Positions 20,401-32,194 of a stretch of DNA of 50,456 nt are shown here, piece by piece; the stretch's first letter is position 1; each line of letters begins with the position of its first letter. The stretch covers positions 1-50,456 of the forward strand of contig CAXHJY010000174.1 of NCBI GenBank assembly GCA_964016885.1. The letters run 5' to 3'. A program made the translations under genes and the position numbers. The notes under the pieces were generated by a model. That model saw only the letters and a list, made by a program, of their open reading frames with translations. It was not told the origin of the DNA and searched no databases. This DNA is from Eledone cirrhosa. Its lineage: Eukaryota.

Positions 20401-20605
20401 GACGCTCCAAAGAATCCCTGTCAAGCAGCGTCCGTACGTTCCAGCAGCCAAGACTAAATGCCCTGTTTGGCTCTATTACAATGGCACGATGACGGGCGGG
20501 CCCAGGTTGTGATAACTTGGGGCCCCTGCCCTTATTGCCAATGATCTCTTTTGTTCCAGAACCCAAATTGGCAATTATCTCGTTTACATTGTTCTGGAAC
20601 ATCAT
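17414..20605 (-). CDS. LINE ORF: AP-endonuclease plus reverse transcriptase (1063 aa)
   Basis: CWNVRTL, ALSETR, VYAPT, LGDFNA, LDYVL, TDH (APE); NYRGISL, QSGFR, FVDLTKAFD, GVKQGD, LYADD, FVYLGS, LLYACETW, RLRWSGH (RT/RTE). Confidence 0.93.
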   Translation of the reverse strand: MMFQNNVNEIIANLGSGTKEIIGNKGRGPKLSQPGPARHRAIVIEPNRAFSLGCWNVRTLLDRDSLERPERRTALVAKELRRYDLDIVALSETRLAGDGHLTEFYGEYTFFWKGRDEGTRREAGVGFAVKTVLVNKLEEFPVGISERLMSMRVPLDKGRYATLVSVYAPTMNSVDEEKLSFYHALKGVLRNIPQADKVIVLGDFNARVGRDFNTWNVIGRHGVGKCNSNGMLLLQMCEELDLCVTSTMFQQKNKFKTTWMHPASKEWHLLDYVLVRMRDRQDVQCVRVLRGAECWTDHRLVRAKVNLITKRKIRAPGVALPKRLNAARLKDKNVKSTLEEEMQAADLGEDWPTLKKSVYDVGRRVLGLVQRKHQDWFDEKDVHIDDLLADKRRALSRYLTARPQERNTLHEELRDVKSRVRRSLSQMKDQWWSEKAGEIQTASDCNNTKLLYSLLREVYGPSSSLVTPIRSKDGKELLRDSQGILRRWREHFDDLLNQPSVVSEDFLNLIPESPVKVALAEPPTLVEVAVAISKLNSGRSPGMDGIHAELLQYGGERLLQHLHSLFGRIWANESVPEDWRDAVMVVLYKGKGNRNDCGNYRGISLLSVVGKVLCRVLLDRLLTHIADCVLPESQSGFRVGRGTTDMIFSARQLQEKCIEQGLDLYQVFVDLTKAFDTVNRDALWKVLQKLGCPDKFLALVRSFHDDMKAWVNVGGNMSEPISVKNGVKQGDIPAPTLFAIYFAMVFCIAFRNCEHGVYIRYRTSGSIFNIRRFAAKTKVFTSVIRDLLYADDCDLVAHTESDMQHILNVFSDACTALGLTVSLKKTVVMYQPAPGRQYTEPNIYVYGKRLGVVDQFVYLGSTVNRYGNLDSEISLRIRKASDAFGKLERRLWGRRDICRRTKVKVYRACVLSCLLYACETWVTYRRHLKQLERFHQMCLRRIHGVRWRDHISDVEILESSMCDSIEALVLRQRLRWSGHLARMKDSRIPKQLFYGELVKGKRPPHKPKKRYKDSLKASLKDANISADTWENIAADRNKWRKTVYEGKVAFEASRIAHEKVKRT

Positions 20606-20633
20606 TGAATTGGAAAAAAAAAAAGTAATAATA

Positions 20634-20668
<35 letters not shown>

Positions 20669-20935
20669 ACACTATTAATAATTATTAATGCACTCGTGCA
20701 ATGCCTGTGCGTGACGAATATTTTTAAAGTGAGGAAAGACTGTGCACTGAACCAATCCCACTCTCTGATCAACATCATCGGTAACTACTGAGCCGCAGGT
20801 TTTATATCGGAGTTAACCCAGTTTCCTGAGATGCCTTCTCCTAGAAGAATACCCTGACATGGGCTAGGGGTTCTTCACTCCCAGTGGTTTAACTGCGCGA
20901 TCGGGCATCCAGCCCGATTATTTCTATGTCCCCGC

Positions 20936-20937
<2 letters not shown>

Positions 20938-20968
<31 letters not shown>

Positions 20969-21240
20969 ACTTATTGACACTTATACGTACGACATACACA
21001 CACACGCATACATATGCGTGCACACAGCAACACTCGCACACACAACAAACACACACACACGCTACTCTACTCACTTACACGCACACACACACATATATAC
21101 ATATATATATATATACATATATACATACATATATATATATATACATATATACATATACATATATATATACATATATACATATATATAGAAATATACATAT
21201 ATATATATATATATACACACAGACACACACACACATATAT

Positions 21241-21280
<40 letters not shown>

Positions 21281-21302
21281 TTACATACATATATATATAT
21301 AT
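20938..21302. repeat. Poly-A and (CA)n/(TA)n microsatellites
   Basis: Direct inspection. Confidence 0.9.
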
Positions 21303-21909
21303 AAATAAAGTGATTATATGTAGTGATTATTGAATACAAGAGTCCATTTGGAATAAATGTATAGCAATACAATAATTACTGTACTACTGTGGTGTATAGT
21401 ATAGCAATAGATAATGAGATGATGACAGTGTGTGGAGGGTTCAAAAACAGAATGTAGGGATAGGTAGATAGTTGGATGGGTGGGGAGGTATAGAATGATT
21501 AAATTGATAGTCAGTCAGTCATGTTTTAATGTTCCCTTAAAGCTTTCAAGAATGTCATTTGTTAAAAAAAGAAACCTACTTTACACACACAACAAATGCT
21601 GAAGAAACTGACTGAATAAGCAATCATCATCATCATTATAATCATTAGTCTTGTGGGAATGCTAATTTTAATATAAATATTGATATTATGTAGAGATAAA
21701 TGTTACAGTGGGAGGTGGGCAGAGAGTTATATACTATACTTATTTTCTTTGATTAAATATTGGTATTTTGGTCTGCATTTAAATATATATTCCCATTCAC
21801 AAACTGCTAAGGAAGTTAGAGTGGTTTCAGAATGGGAGAGAGGGGTTGGGGAAGAAACAATGTACAAAGAACATGAGATGTAGTGATTGGAGGGGTGTTA
21901 ATATAATAT

Positions 21910-22324
21910 TTAAAACTTGATACCAAACAGCCTGAAACCACCTGTTTGTTTTAACCCTTTAGCATTTAAAGGCCAGAATTCTCTCACTTATTTCTGTTCA
22001 AACCAGCTGTCACTTGCTACTCATACTGATGTTAAGGTATTGTTCTCAAAATGAATATCAAAATCTCAGATTCGATATTATGTGAGGTAAAGCCTTTACT
22101 GCAAAATATAATAGTAAATATAGAGTAATGTAAATACTAAAGGGTTAAAGTGTTTATATTAAATTCTATCATAATTTTATGTAAAAAGCTTTATGTTCCA
22201 AACACCAGCTTAATAATAAGAAAGTTAGTTAAATCACTAAATTCTTAAAAATTCTTCATTATCAAAATTATTTGGAAATCATAGGTAGTGTCTTTCATTA
22301 GAAATAAGGTAATGAAAAGGTTAA
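21910..22324 (-). mobile_element. ~250-bp TTAA/CCC-ended MITE family copy, interrupted by a nested MITE
   Basis: TTGATACCAAAC..CCTGAAAC at the left and TTTCATTAGAAATA.GGTAATGAAAAGGTTAA at the right match the reverse complement of the copies at 22392 and 26496. Confidence 0.7.
21955..22144. mobile_element. piggyBac-type MITE, 190 bp, with TTAA target duplication
   Basis: TTAA-CCCTTTAGCATTTA ... TAAATACTAAAGGG-TTAA: 14-bp TIR with one mismatch. Confidence 0.8.
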
Positions 22325-22391
22325 ATAAAGTATGAAACTGATAACAAGGTGAGTAGCATTGATATCAGTATGTACATTCAATGTGTTCTCT

Positions 22392-22646
22392 TTAACCCTT
22401 TCACTACCATATTTCCAATGAACACTACTGCCTATGATTTCCAAATAAATTTGAAAATAATCAAGATTTTGGAGGGATTTAGTAATATAATTAATTTTCT
22501 CATTATTTAGTTAGTAGAAGTTAAATGTTCTTACATAAAATTATAATGGAAGGCCTTGTAAATAGCAATATAGATATTTTAAAACAAACAGATCTGTATA
22601 ATAAAACCAAGAGTGGTTATAGACAGTTTGATATCAAATGGATTAA
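22392..22646 (+). mobile_element. TTAA/CCC-ended MITE family copy
   Basis: Starts TTAACCCTTTCACTACCATATTTC; shares TGAAAATAATCAAG and CTTACATAAAATTAT blocks; ends TTTGATATCAAATGGATTAA. Confidence 0.7.
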
Positions 22647-23204
22647 GAATAAAATATTGATATTCAATGGGTCGAGATGATTCTCCAGTTGTGTTGAAGA
22701 CATAACTTTCCTAGTGTTGGTGCCACAATAAAATGTATCTAGTACACTATGTAGAGAAGGAGAACATATGTAAGCTGAGAGAGAAGTCAGACACTCTAGC
22801 TAAGTACTGATTTGGGCCCTTGCTGGCAGGACAAATGGACATTAAATGAAGGTGATGATGATAGAGAATGAGAAATTGTTGATGGTTTTAATTTACTCAT
22901 TTACCAACACCTGAATTACTTCAGGTATTTTAGAAGGCATGACCAAAAGAATTCCAGCCATAACCATCAAATCTATGACTACATTATCTGATGTGTTTTT
23001 TTCTTTTATTAAAACAATAGGATAAGATTTGAATGAATTTAATGCTATTTCTAACAGGTTCAGCAACTGCAGAGTTTCCCCTCAATGACTTGTTACTAAA
23101 AAATTGTTTATTTCGAGTTTGTTTCATATTTTTTACTTTGACTATCAAACTGCAAAACAAAATCTAGAAAGTGGGAAATATGTTCTAATTCCTCTTTTGT
23201 GGCC

Positions 23205-23377
23205 ATCGGTAGAGGGTCGGACGCCATGCTTTCTAGTATAGTTACAGCCCTTTATGATCTGAGTTCAAATCCCGCCGAGGTTAGCTTTGCCTTTCATCCT
23301 TACGGGGTCGATAAAATAAAGTACCAGTAATGCACTGGAATAATTGCTGGCCTTCTGCCAAAAGTAGAAACAATTAT
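23205..23377 (+). mobile_element. tRNA-derived SINE, family A (MetaSINE-like core)
   Basis: B box GAGTTCAAATCC; core GCCTTTCATCCTTACGGGGTCGATAAAATAAAGTACCAG; tail GCTGGCCTT.TGCCAAAAGTAGAAACAATTATT; closely similar to 44609 and 47390. Confidence 0.85.
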
Positions 23378-24214
23378 TTTCTAATGAGAATAGATTGCCT
23401 ATATCATCCTTATCATCAGCATTGCTTTTTTGTCCACTTTTCCATGTTAGCATGGGTTGAATGACATGTTTTGGAGGCAGTTTTTTCTAAAGCCAAATAA
23501 ATGCCTTCTATGATGCTACAGACACAACATGCTGACTTATAATCACTGATGTATGGTCCCGAAAACTCCTGATAGAGCTGAAAGGACACTGTATTGACAT
23601 ACAGCATTTCTTGGAAATTTTAAACCTGGCAGAGCCCATCCCTCTCCAGGCCATAATCACTGATATCAGCACTAAATACTGACTGCTATCATTTCAATGA
23701 TATTCATTCCCTTATGTCTTGCCTTCAAGGCAAGACATGAATTTTTCATGTTTTGGCCTGATATTAAGAAGATAAGAGAGAAATGAATAGCAGACACTGA
23801 TTCAACTAGATGTTGAGGAGGGCTAAAACTGTCAAAAGACAGTTGAACAGTTTCAACTTTAAATGTAGATAGTATCTAATAATAAATTTTATTTTAAATC
23901 CATACCAAACGTGTGTGTGTGTGTGCGTGTGTGCGTGTGCGCCTGTGTGTGTGTGTGTGTGTGCGTGTGCGTGTGCGTGTGCGTGTGCGTGTGTGTGTGA
24001 GATGTCCACTTTTCATACTTATTTTTAAGTAGGATACTCATTTCACTGTTCCTTGTCAAACTGAGATGCAGGACATAAACAGCATAACATGCTTCAATGC
24101 TGTCAGTGTGATGACATACACAGAAACAAATGCACACACACACACACACACACACACAGTGTTGTGTATTTTTGTTGGATCCCTGTTGGTCCAAACGACA
24201 AGTATTACAGTTTT

Positions 24215-24480
24215 GTTTAATGGAACAGCCTGCTCATGAAATTAATATGCAAGTAGCTGGGCATTTCACAAGCATGTGTACCCTTCAAATAGTTTTCAGA
24301 CAGTGTGAAAAGACTGTCCCTTCGAATTACAGGTACAACTCATTTTCCCCCAGCTGAGTGAACTGAAGTGATGTGAAATAAAGTGTTTTGCTCAAGGACA
24401 CAGTGTGCAGCTGGAAATCGAACTCACAACCTTACAATCATGAGCCAATTACCCTAACCACTAAGTTACATGTTTTCACA
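24215..24480 (-). mobile_element. tRNA-derived SINE, family B (CORE-like)
   Basis: Minus strand reads TAGTGGTTAGGG (A box), GAGTTCGATTTCC (B box), GTCCTTGAGCAAAACACTTTATTTCACA. Confidence 0.8.
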
Positions 24481-24721
24481 CACACACACAAATGTTTAAA
24501 TACCCTGGTATAAATGAAAAATCTAAACCAAAATTTACATGGCGTGATCAACAACAGTTTTACCTACACTGTGCAACACAAGTGACTGTAAACATGCACA
24601 TATCTAAGATCAAAACCAAATTGCTTTCAATAGTGATACATGTGATCATGCAGTTCACCAATTCAAACTAATACAATAGAGTATTGATTGCCCTGTCTCT
24701 CTGTCTGCCTGCCTGTCTGTC

Positions 24722-24783
<62 letters not shown>

Positions 24784-24977
24784 GATAAATCTACCAAGAG
24801 TTTACGGTAGTGTCCAATCCGTATGAAGAACTCAATGTAATCCGGATATCATGGAAAGAAGAGATGCAATGAAAAATCACTTTCGGTGAAAGATAAACGG
24901 AATACAGAGTCAAGATAAAATATTAAAAAAATAATGAATAAAACAATGAAACAGTTCCTTATATTAAACAAAAAAAG

Positions 24978-25132
24978 TTCATTATTTAACGATCGTTTCT
25001 AGGATATATATGTGTTAGAATTGGCATGCATATTCAACAGATCTATGTACAAAATTATACAAAATTATACAAACTATCAAAATTAAATATACATACCAAA
25101 CACATATATATGCCGTCTTCAGAAATAATGAA
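24978..25132 (-). ncRNA. Type I hammerhead ribozyme with long stem II (left arm)
   Basis: Mirror of 25145-25299 with one substitution in stem II. Confidence 0.75.
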
Positions 25133-25144
25133 TAATAAATATAT

Positions 25145-25299
25145 TTCATTATTTCTGAAGACGGCATATATATGTGTTGGGTATGTATATTTAATTTTGA
25201 TAGTTTGTATAATTTTGTATAATTTTGTACATAGATCTGTTGAATATGCATGCCAATTCTAACACATATATATCCTAGAAACGATCGTTAAATAATGAA
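25145..25299 (+). ncRNA. Type I hammerhead ribozyme with long stem II (right arm)
   Basis: Stem I TTCATTATTT/AAATAATGAA (10 bp); CTGAAGA 25155-25161; 116-nt hairpin; GAAA 25278-25281; palindromic AACGATCGTT stem III; GUU triplet. Confidence 0.75.
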
Positions 25300-25348
25300 C
25301 TTTTTTTGTTTAATATAAGGAACTGTTTCATTGTTTTATTCATTATTT

Positions 25349-25415
<67 letters not shown>

Positions 25416-25874
25416 GACAGTATATATATATATATACTGACATGAGGGCAGTACAAAGGAGGTGGAGCAATCAACCAACTAAGATAACAAAATATCAGTG
25501 ATGAAATATTGGGAAATAACTTTCTCAATACAACATGATAATATATCACTGATGGTACTGACATTGTGGCATTCCATCAGGTGTTATACTACAGCAGGTG
25601 ACATATGTCTTGTTACTACTGTCACACACACTACTTTCAGTAAACAACATCTAGTGACAATTACAGCCACTAATCTCACACACACACACACACACACACA
25701 CAATTGATGTTGGCAGAGTCTCCATGAAAAATTTTGCAAGATGGTACAAGACCTGTCCTCAAAATGGATGTTGTATGGTTGCTGTGGGGCCTTCTTAGCT
25801 ATTGGGCCCCAGAACAAAGTACTGGCTGGACACCCCTCTAATAGGCCCTGGTTGTTGGGCCTCTGTTGTTAAAA

Positions 25875-26140
25875 AACCTAATGGCCTGCTCATGAAAATA
25901 ACATGCATGTAGCTGAGCATTCCATAGACACATTGTAACCATAACATAATTCTCAGGGAGATTGAGCATGGCAGTGTGTGACCAAGCTGGCCATCTGAAT
26001 TAGATACCACAGATTTTTGCCAACTGAGTAGACTGGAACAAAGTAAAATAAAGTGGTTTGCTTAAGGACACAACTCACTGCCAGGAATCTGGCCTCGTGA
26101 CCTTACTATTGTGGGCCAAACACCCCCATCACTAAGACAC
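25875..26140 (-). mobile_element. SINE family B, diverged copy
   Basis: Shares GCCTGCTCATGAAA, CTGAGTAGACTGGAAC and AAATAAAGTG.TTTGCT.AAGGACAC with 24215-24480. Confidence 0.7.
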
Positions 26141-26495
26141 ATTACTATTATAGTAAATTGGTCACACACACACAAGATCCACAATGCCAAAACCACCCCT
26201 AAATACAATACAGAAATTAGTGTAATTATTCATTATTCATTGCCTTCTAGAGTCTGTGGTGAACCTGAAGTGAAGAAAGATCAGTACACAGTGGGCCAAA
26301 TAAAAATACCTTTCATTGAAAATCCTTCAAGGGTGCATGAAAATTTATAAAAACAACAAAAGGCAATTATTAAAGCAATATTAAAAAAAATGAAAATATA
26401 AATGAAATACATTGATATACAAAACAGACTTTTACAAAACAGCTAATCAAACAAAACAAAAGACATAGTAATGTTGATTGCCTGCATTTAGAAAA

Positions 26496-26735
26496 TGAAC
26501 CCTTTCTTTACCATATATCTAATGAAAGAAACTCCTTACAATTTTCAAATCATTTTGAAAATATTCAAAAATTTGGAGGGATTCAAATAAATAACTTTCT
26601 CATTAATAAGCTGGTGTTTGGAACATAACTTAAAGGATCTTACATAAAATTATGATAGGAGCATTTAAGATAAATATAAATAGTTTATTATAGAACCCGG
26701 GGCAGTTTCAAATGGTTTGGCATTAAAAGAGTTAA
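26496..26735 (+). mobile_element. TTAA/CCC-ended MITE family copy
   Basis: AACCCTTTCTTTACCATAT...AAGCTGGTGTTTGGAACATAACT...GGCAGTTTCA..TGGTTTGG...AAAAGAGTTAA. Confidence 0.7.
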
Positions 26736-27299
26736 ATTTTTAAAGAAAAATGAAAATAAAATAAAAAATAAGCTTAGATATAATATTTTTCACTTTCTTT
26801 CATAAATAGAATTTTAGGAACTTGGAAAGAAAAAATTATATCGAAGTTCAAAATGTTCTGCATATTCTTTTTCATGCTTCAAAGCAAATAAACAAAAGGA
26901 AAATGAATATAAAAATAAAAAATAAAAAGCAGAGAAATGTCTGTAAATAAAAATAAAATAGAAAGCAAACAGTAAGTCGTTTCTTATTAAGCAGATTGTT
27001 GGCAATAGGGGGGGCATCACAATGTGATAAACTTGGGTTAAGCATTTACATTGTAGAAGATTCATCTTAGTAATTCAAAAAGACTCACAAAAATGGTTAT
27101 ATTCATTTTCATTTATTTTGTGATATCAACATTTTTATTACACACTCGCTAGCAGGGAAAATGGTTATTAAACGATGATGATGACAACAAGTTGGACTGG
27201 AATTGTGTCAGTAACAGGTTGCAAAGAGTGTAATGGAAATTTTTAAATTCACAAAATAAATGAGGAATGAATATAAGTAATGGCTTTGTGAGCATTTTT

Positions 27300-27562
27300 T
27301 TTAAAAAACCTTTCATTACCACATTTCTAATGGAATACATTGCCTGTGTTTCAATTAACTTTAAAAATAATAAAGAAGTTGGAGAGATTTAGTAATATAA
27401 CTTTCTCATTAAGCTGATGTTTTTTGGAGTATAACTTAAGAAAAGTTTCATACATGAAATTATGATAGAAGGTTCTAATGTAAGCATGAACATTTTAAAA
27501 CAGGCAACTTTGTATCATAGAACCAGTGGCAGTTTCAGGGTGGTTGGTATCAAAAGGTTTAA
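27300..27562 (+). mobile_element. TTAA/CCC-ended MITE family copy
   Basis: CCTTTCATTACCACATTTCTAATG...GGCAGTTTCAGGGTGGTTGGTATCAAAAGGTTTAA. Confidence 0.7.
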
Positions 27563-27984
27563 GTGGCTCAAATTACTCTTCCACAATGTAATTGCTTTAG
27601 TTTCTAGTCTCAAACAAATATAACTCATAAATCTGAATTATAAAGTTTTTACTTTCATTTTCTTTGACATTAAGAAAGTTTTCTATAAAATCCAATAAAA
27701 TAGCAGTGACTTTCTTATACACAAGTGATGATAACCTGGTGTTATTTAACCCATGTTCAAAAATCTATGCCCAAAGTAAGGTAGCAGCAGCAAAGAGAAA
27801 AGGTAGCAAGCACTGAGTTTTTAAAGAGATCTCTGTCTAAAAACTTGAGTTGTAGAAGAAGGAACTTCCAGAAAATTTAAACTGATGTCAATAACAAAAA
27901 AAAAAAGTATATATTTAACTAAAGACTATTAGCTTTGACTGAAATAAATAAGGAATTCTAGCACTTCTAAATATCATTATTATT

Positions 27985-28315
27985 ATTTGGCAAAAATTAT
28001 TAGTTTTGGTCAAAATGCTTTGCAGTATTTAGTTATGGACCATTACATTCAACGTTGTCTTTCATCCTTCCAGAGTCAATAAAATACCAGTCAAGTACTG
28101 AAGTCAATATAATCAACTATACCCAAATCTGAGGCCTTCCACCTAAGTAAGAAATCAATATTTGTATTATTAGCCCAGGATATTGGACCGGTAAAAATCA
28201 TTAGAGTGTTGAACAAAATGCCTTGCAGTATCTCACCCAGCTCTTTACATTTTTAGTTCAAATCCTACTGGTGTTAAATTTACCTTTCATCCTTCTGGGT
28301 CAATTTAATCGACTT
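27985..28315 (+). mobile_element. Two tandem degenerate family-A-like SINEs
   Basis: TTTCATCCTTC core at ~28061 and ~28285, a GTTCAAATCC B box near 28256, and AAAATGC.TTGCAGTAT twice. Confidence 0.55.
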
Positions 28316-28524
28316 TCCCTTTACACCTCCACTAAATTAAAAATCATTATTATTAATTTTCATGAATATTTTCAAATATCACTTGAAAAGAAAGGTTAGA
28401 ACAAAAAAGAGAGAAGTACTAAGGACTGCCATTCAACAAATTTACCAAAAGCTAAGTGAAAGTGGCAAGTTTTCGTGGATGAATGGACCTACTTTTAAAT
28501 ACATGTAGCCATAACACAAAGACT

Positions 28525-28810
28525 GTGAAGGCATGCAGCTGAACAGTTAGGAGATTGCATTAACAATCCAAATGCTGGGGGTTTGATTCCTGGACCAGGT
28601 GGCATGTGTTCATGAGTAAAACACTTCATTCCACATACTTCCAGTACGCTCAGCTGATAATGAGTTCCAGCAGCAGCTGGGGATTATCTCTAAAATGGAC
28701 TGGCGACCTATTCATACAGAAGTTTTGTACTTTAAGTAACTTAACGCCAATGAAGCCAGGATAATCTACAGCATGATAAACCCCAAGGCTTGGGACAGGC
28801 TTTAACCATT
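28525..28810 (+). mobile_element. tRNA-derived SINE (family B head), diverged
   Basis: GTGAAGGCATG..GCT, GGTTTGATTCC B box, TGAGTAAAACACTTCATTCCACA core. Confidence 0.6.
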
Positions 28811-30444
28811 AATTAACACAAAGAGACCACAACTGGGAGAGGGTATTTTCTCTTGGTAGGATTGGACCAATGGAACAATGCTTCCATTGGTGATATTATC
28901 TGCTGTTCACAACTCTTGGCAGTTGAATCACAGACGTTGTATATTTTTACATTTCATTTTATTTATATATTTTGTTTTTCACACTATATATAACCATTAT
29001 TTTATAATTCATCTTCATAATATCCTCTGTCACCTTTGTGGAAATCTTACCAAGGTCAACTTGACCTTTCATTCTTTCGTCTCTCCTGGGTCACTAGCCA
29101 ACTATTGTGGCTGTTATAAGTGAATGTTCCCTTATATAGACATAAGGTCTCAAGTTTAGGGTAAGAAACCATCATTGTTATTAATATGTATTTTGCACAG
29201 TAGTATAGTAAATGGTTCTGCTGGTATTTATGAATTTCAAATTATTATTATTACATATTAAGTTATTAAGACAAAGTCAACCTCAGTTTTACTTTCTATG
29301 GGGGAGGTGGGAGTGAGAAATCGAATATAGTCAACCTTTGCTTAGAATCCACTATCCCCTCTTTGTGAAACTTTCTGACCTTGAACTTATATTAAAAACC
29401 ATTATTAAACATTAGATATTAAGAACATATGCTAACTGGTGAATAGAAAATAAGAAAGCCATTCAAAGTATTGATGCACAGCAGCTATAGCTTTCTGAAC
29501 CATTTTAACATAACTCAGACCATACAAAATAGAGGGTTTAAAAGCTACCAAATGTATAATATATACATATAATTCAATATACATATGTAATGTATGATTT
29601 CACTCACAAGGATTGAATCAATCAGGGCTATAAATTATGTGGATGCCCGTTGGGTGGATTGCACTTGTAATTTAAAGGTCCACCCTAGTCACACATTGTG
29701 TCACACTAATTTAACTTTGTAATTACATTAAGGGTACATGTGTCTGGAGTACTCAACCAATTACATGTTAATTCATGAGTTGGACATCCAGTTGGTTGAA
29801 CATCTGAATGCTTACCATCAAAACTAATGGAGGATCCATCATGAATATATAATTTAAGTAGTTATAAAATGGATAACAAAAATAAAATAGTTATGTAAAC
29901 TTTTACATTTATATATTATCTTCACAGGTACACTGACATAGGACAGACTTCTTGTTTTGTTACAATAGCGACCATTAGACTTCTCAATGTGATTCTGAAC
30001 ATTCGGTGCACACTCCATGGGGAAGAAAGGGGGCAATTTGAATATTTTGGGTGTGAATGTTTCTTAATTTGACATATCTTTCTGACACCAACCATGCTTG
30101 AATATTGTAAATGAAGGTGTCACATTTTTTAAAGTTGTGGTGGAAATTATATTTAACATACACACGCATGCCTTTACTTTCTCTCTCTGTCTGTCACACA
30201 CACACCCCACCTCTACAAATACATATACACTCACAGAGATGCATCCACAAACACAAGCAAGATTTGTTGAGATAAGCAGTTCTAGATTCAATCCCATTGC
30301 ACAGCATCTTGAATAACTTCTACCATAGCCTTAGCGAGTAAAATTTGGTAAATGAAAATGATGCAGAAGCTTGTTGGATTAGCTATATTTTTTTGGGGGG
30401 TAGCAGACTTAATCCATTGCCTAGTTTAACACAAGCACTAGCCC

Positions 30445-30680
30445 TGTGAAAGCACGTGGCCTAGTGATTAAGGTATCAGTTTATGATGGAAAGATGGTGT
30501 CCTGTCCTTGAACAAAGCATTCCACTTTGCATTGCTCCAGTCCACTCAGCCAAAAAAGACTACCAGCTAACTTCAAGAAAAACTGATATCAATCATTGTA
30601 CTCTTAACTGCTTTATGCCACATGAAACTGGGATATGCTTTGGCCTGGTGAGCTTTTTGGCTAAAAAATGACTAACTTTA
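30445..30680 (+). mobile_element. tRNA-derived SINE (family B head), diverged
   Basis: GTGAAAGCACGTGGCCTAGTGATTAAGG head; GTCCTTGAACAAAGCA and CATTGCTCCAGTCCACTCAGC core. Confidence 0.6.
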
Positions 30681-30910
30681 ACTGGTCCTAGTTGGGTACC
30701 TTTTAGTGGAATTCACTCAAATAGCTTGAAATGCTGCGACTGTGGTTTATTTTCTTTTTGCCCTACCAGTTTCTTAGGCCCTTCAAAAAAAGTCATAGAT
30801 GCTGCCCTTCCTCATCTAGCTAAGACACAATCATGTGTGCCATATTTAACTTAGATCTGAGAAACTATAAAATGGTTCAGAAATAAAAGAGGCTGAAATA
30901 GATAGATTTG

Positions 30911-30941
<31 letters not shown>

Positions 30942-31653
30942 AGCATATATATATGCATGTGTGTATGCTTGTGTGTATATATACAGTCATTCCTCACTTA
31001 ACTAGGTTCCATTTCAATGACCCGAGCATCATATATCTTTTTTTATTACCACGTGGCATGAGAGTATGGAAAGTTATCAAGTATGAATTTTATATTAAAT
31101 CAATGAATAAAGAAATTCATAAAGGTCTAATTGAAGCACTATCTTAACTGTAAATTTGTTTCATTTTGCAAAATTCTTATAAACATAAAAATACATTTAA
31201 AAAATGATTTGTGACAAAAATTACAGAAGAGAAATTCAAAAAGCACATAAATATATGTACACAAAAATGTTTATGAGTATAATTGTGAATGGTCGTTAAA
31301 TAAGATGATAATTGAGTGAGGACTAGCTGTATATAAAGTGTGTATACATATATGTATGTATACATAATGTATGTGTATATATATATATAGTGCAGTCACA
31401 TTTTCCTAAGTGTATCCTGAATGTGTTAAACAATCCAAAATCACCAGCATCAACTCTGCAATCTGTGGATGGGAAACAAACATTCTCATAGTAATATGAG
31501 GAATTTTCAAAAAGAAGCAACAATGGTCGTAGTGGTGGTAGTGATGGTTAATAAAATAAAGGGATAAAATTCAAACATGAATAAAATGAATGACTGAAAG
31601 AATAAAAGACTTCATAGGAAATAAATTCAAAGGGTTCATCAACAAACATACAC

Positions 31654-31700
<47 letters not shown>

Positions 31701-32194
31701 GGTTTTACCAGTTTTAAACTAATAAAATCGTTATTCAGCAGAGTATTCAATACTTGGTGTGTAAATATATTAGAAAGTTGGTTCCTGACTATCGTGTGCG
31801 TGTACATACATACAGATGCTATCAATAATGATAGCAAAAGCATTGGACATATATATACAAACTGAAAAATTTGTGTTTTGATAAATTAATGGTTTGCATA
31901 AGAAAAACCTTGGAGCTTATGTTGATTACTGACTAGATTAGAATGATATTTTAATATTTTATTTCTAGAATATAATTACATAAATATTCAAAAGCCGGGA
32001 AAAGAGGACGTAAAATGATGATGATAGAGGGTTAAACATATGAGAAACTTGGAAGAAATTATTATTTACACTGACAAATATAGAGTTAGAACCTAAGACC
32101 TTGTGACTGAAAAGTGAACTTCTTATTGTAGCAGCATGGCTGAGATAGGAAATCCATTGAGTGTGTAAATTTTAGAGTTACATAACACACGCAC

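Larger units (their letters stand above)
17061..20937 (-). mobile_element. Near full-length RTE-BovB-like LINE including 5' UTR
   Basis: Single long EN+RT ORF, a downstream zinc-finger ORF, and ~250 bp of GC-richer structured leader (20690-20937) separated from the ORF by a TAA microsatellite. Confidence 0.9.
24915..25362. repeat. Foldback: 218-bp inverted arms with 12-bp spacer, between TA microsatellites
   Basis: 24915-25132 is the reverse complement of 25145-25362 with about two mismatches. Confidence 0.95.

Noticed and set aside
20700-20760. HDV-like ribozyme suggested by a TCCTCAC loop on the minus strand
   Set aside because: The flanking bases do not form P3, and no P1/P2 or J4/2 could be assigned.
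25015-25262. Mirror-image 78-aa ORFs on both strands
   Set aside because: By-product of the inverted repeat; the structure is better explained as RNA.
29928-30050. Possible host exon (CACAG acceptor, open frame YTDIGQTSCF...)
   Set aside because: No recognisable protein, weak donor site and no supporting neighbouring exons.
31405-31462. Possible minus-strand terminal exon (CCACAG then IAELMLVILDCLTHSGYT*)
   Set aside because: Too short and unrecognisable without transcript or homology evidence.
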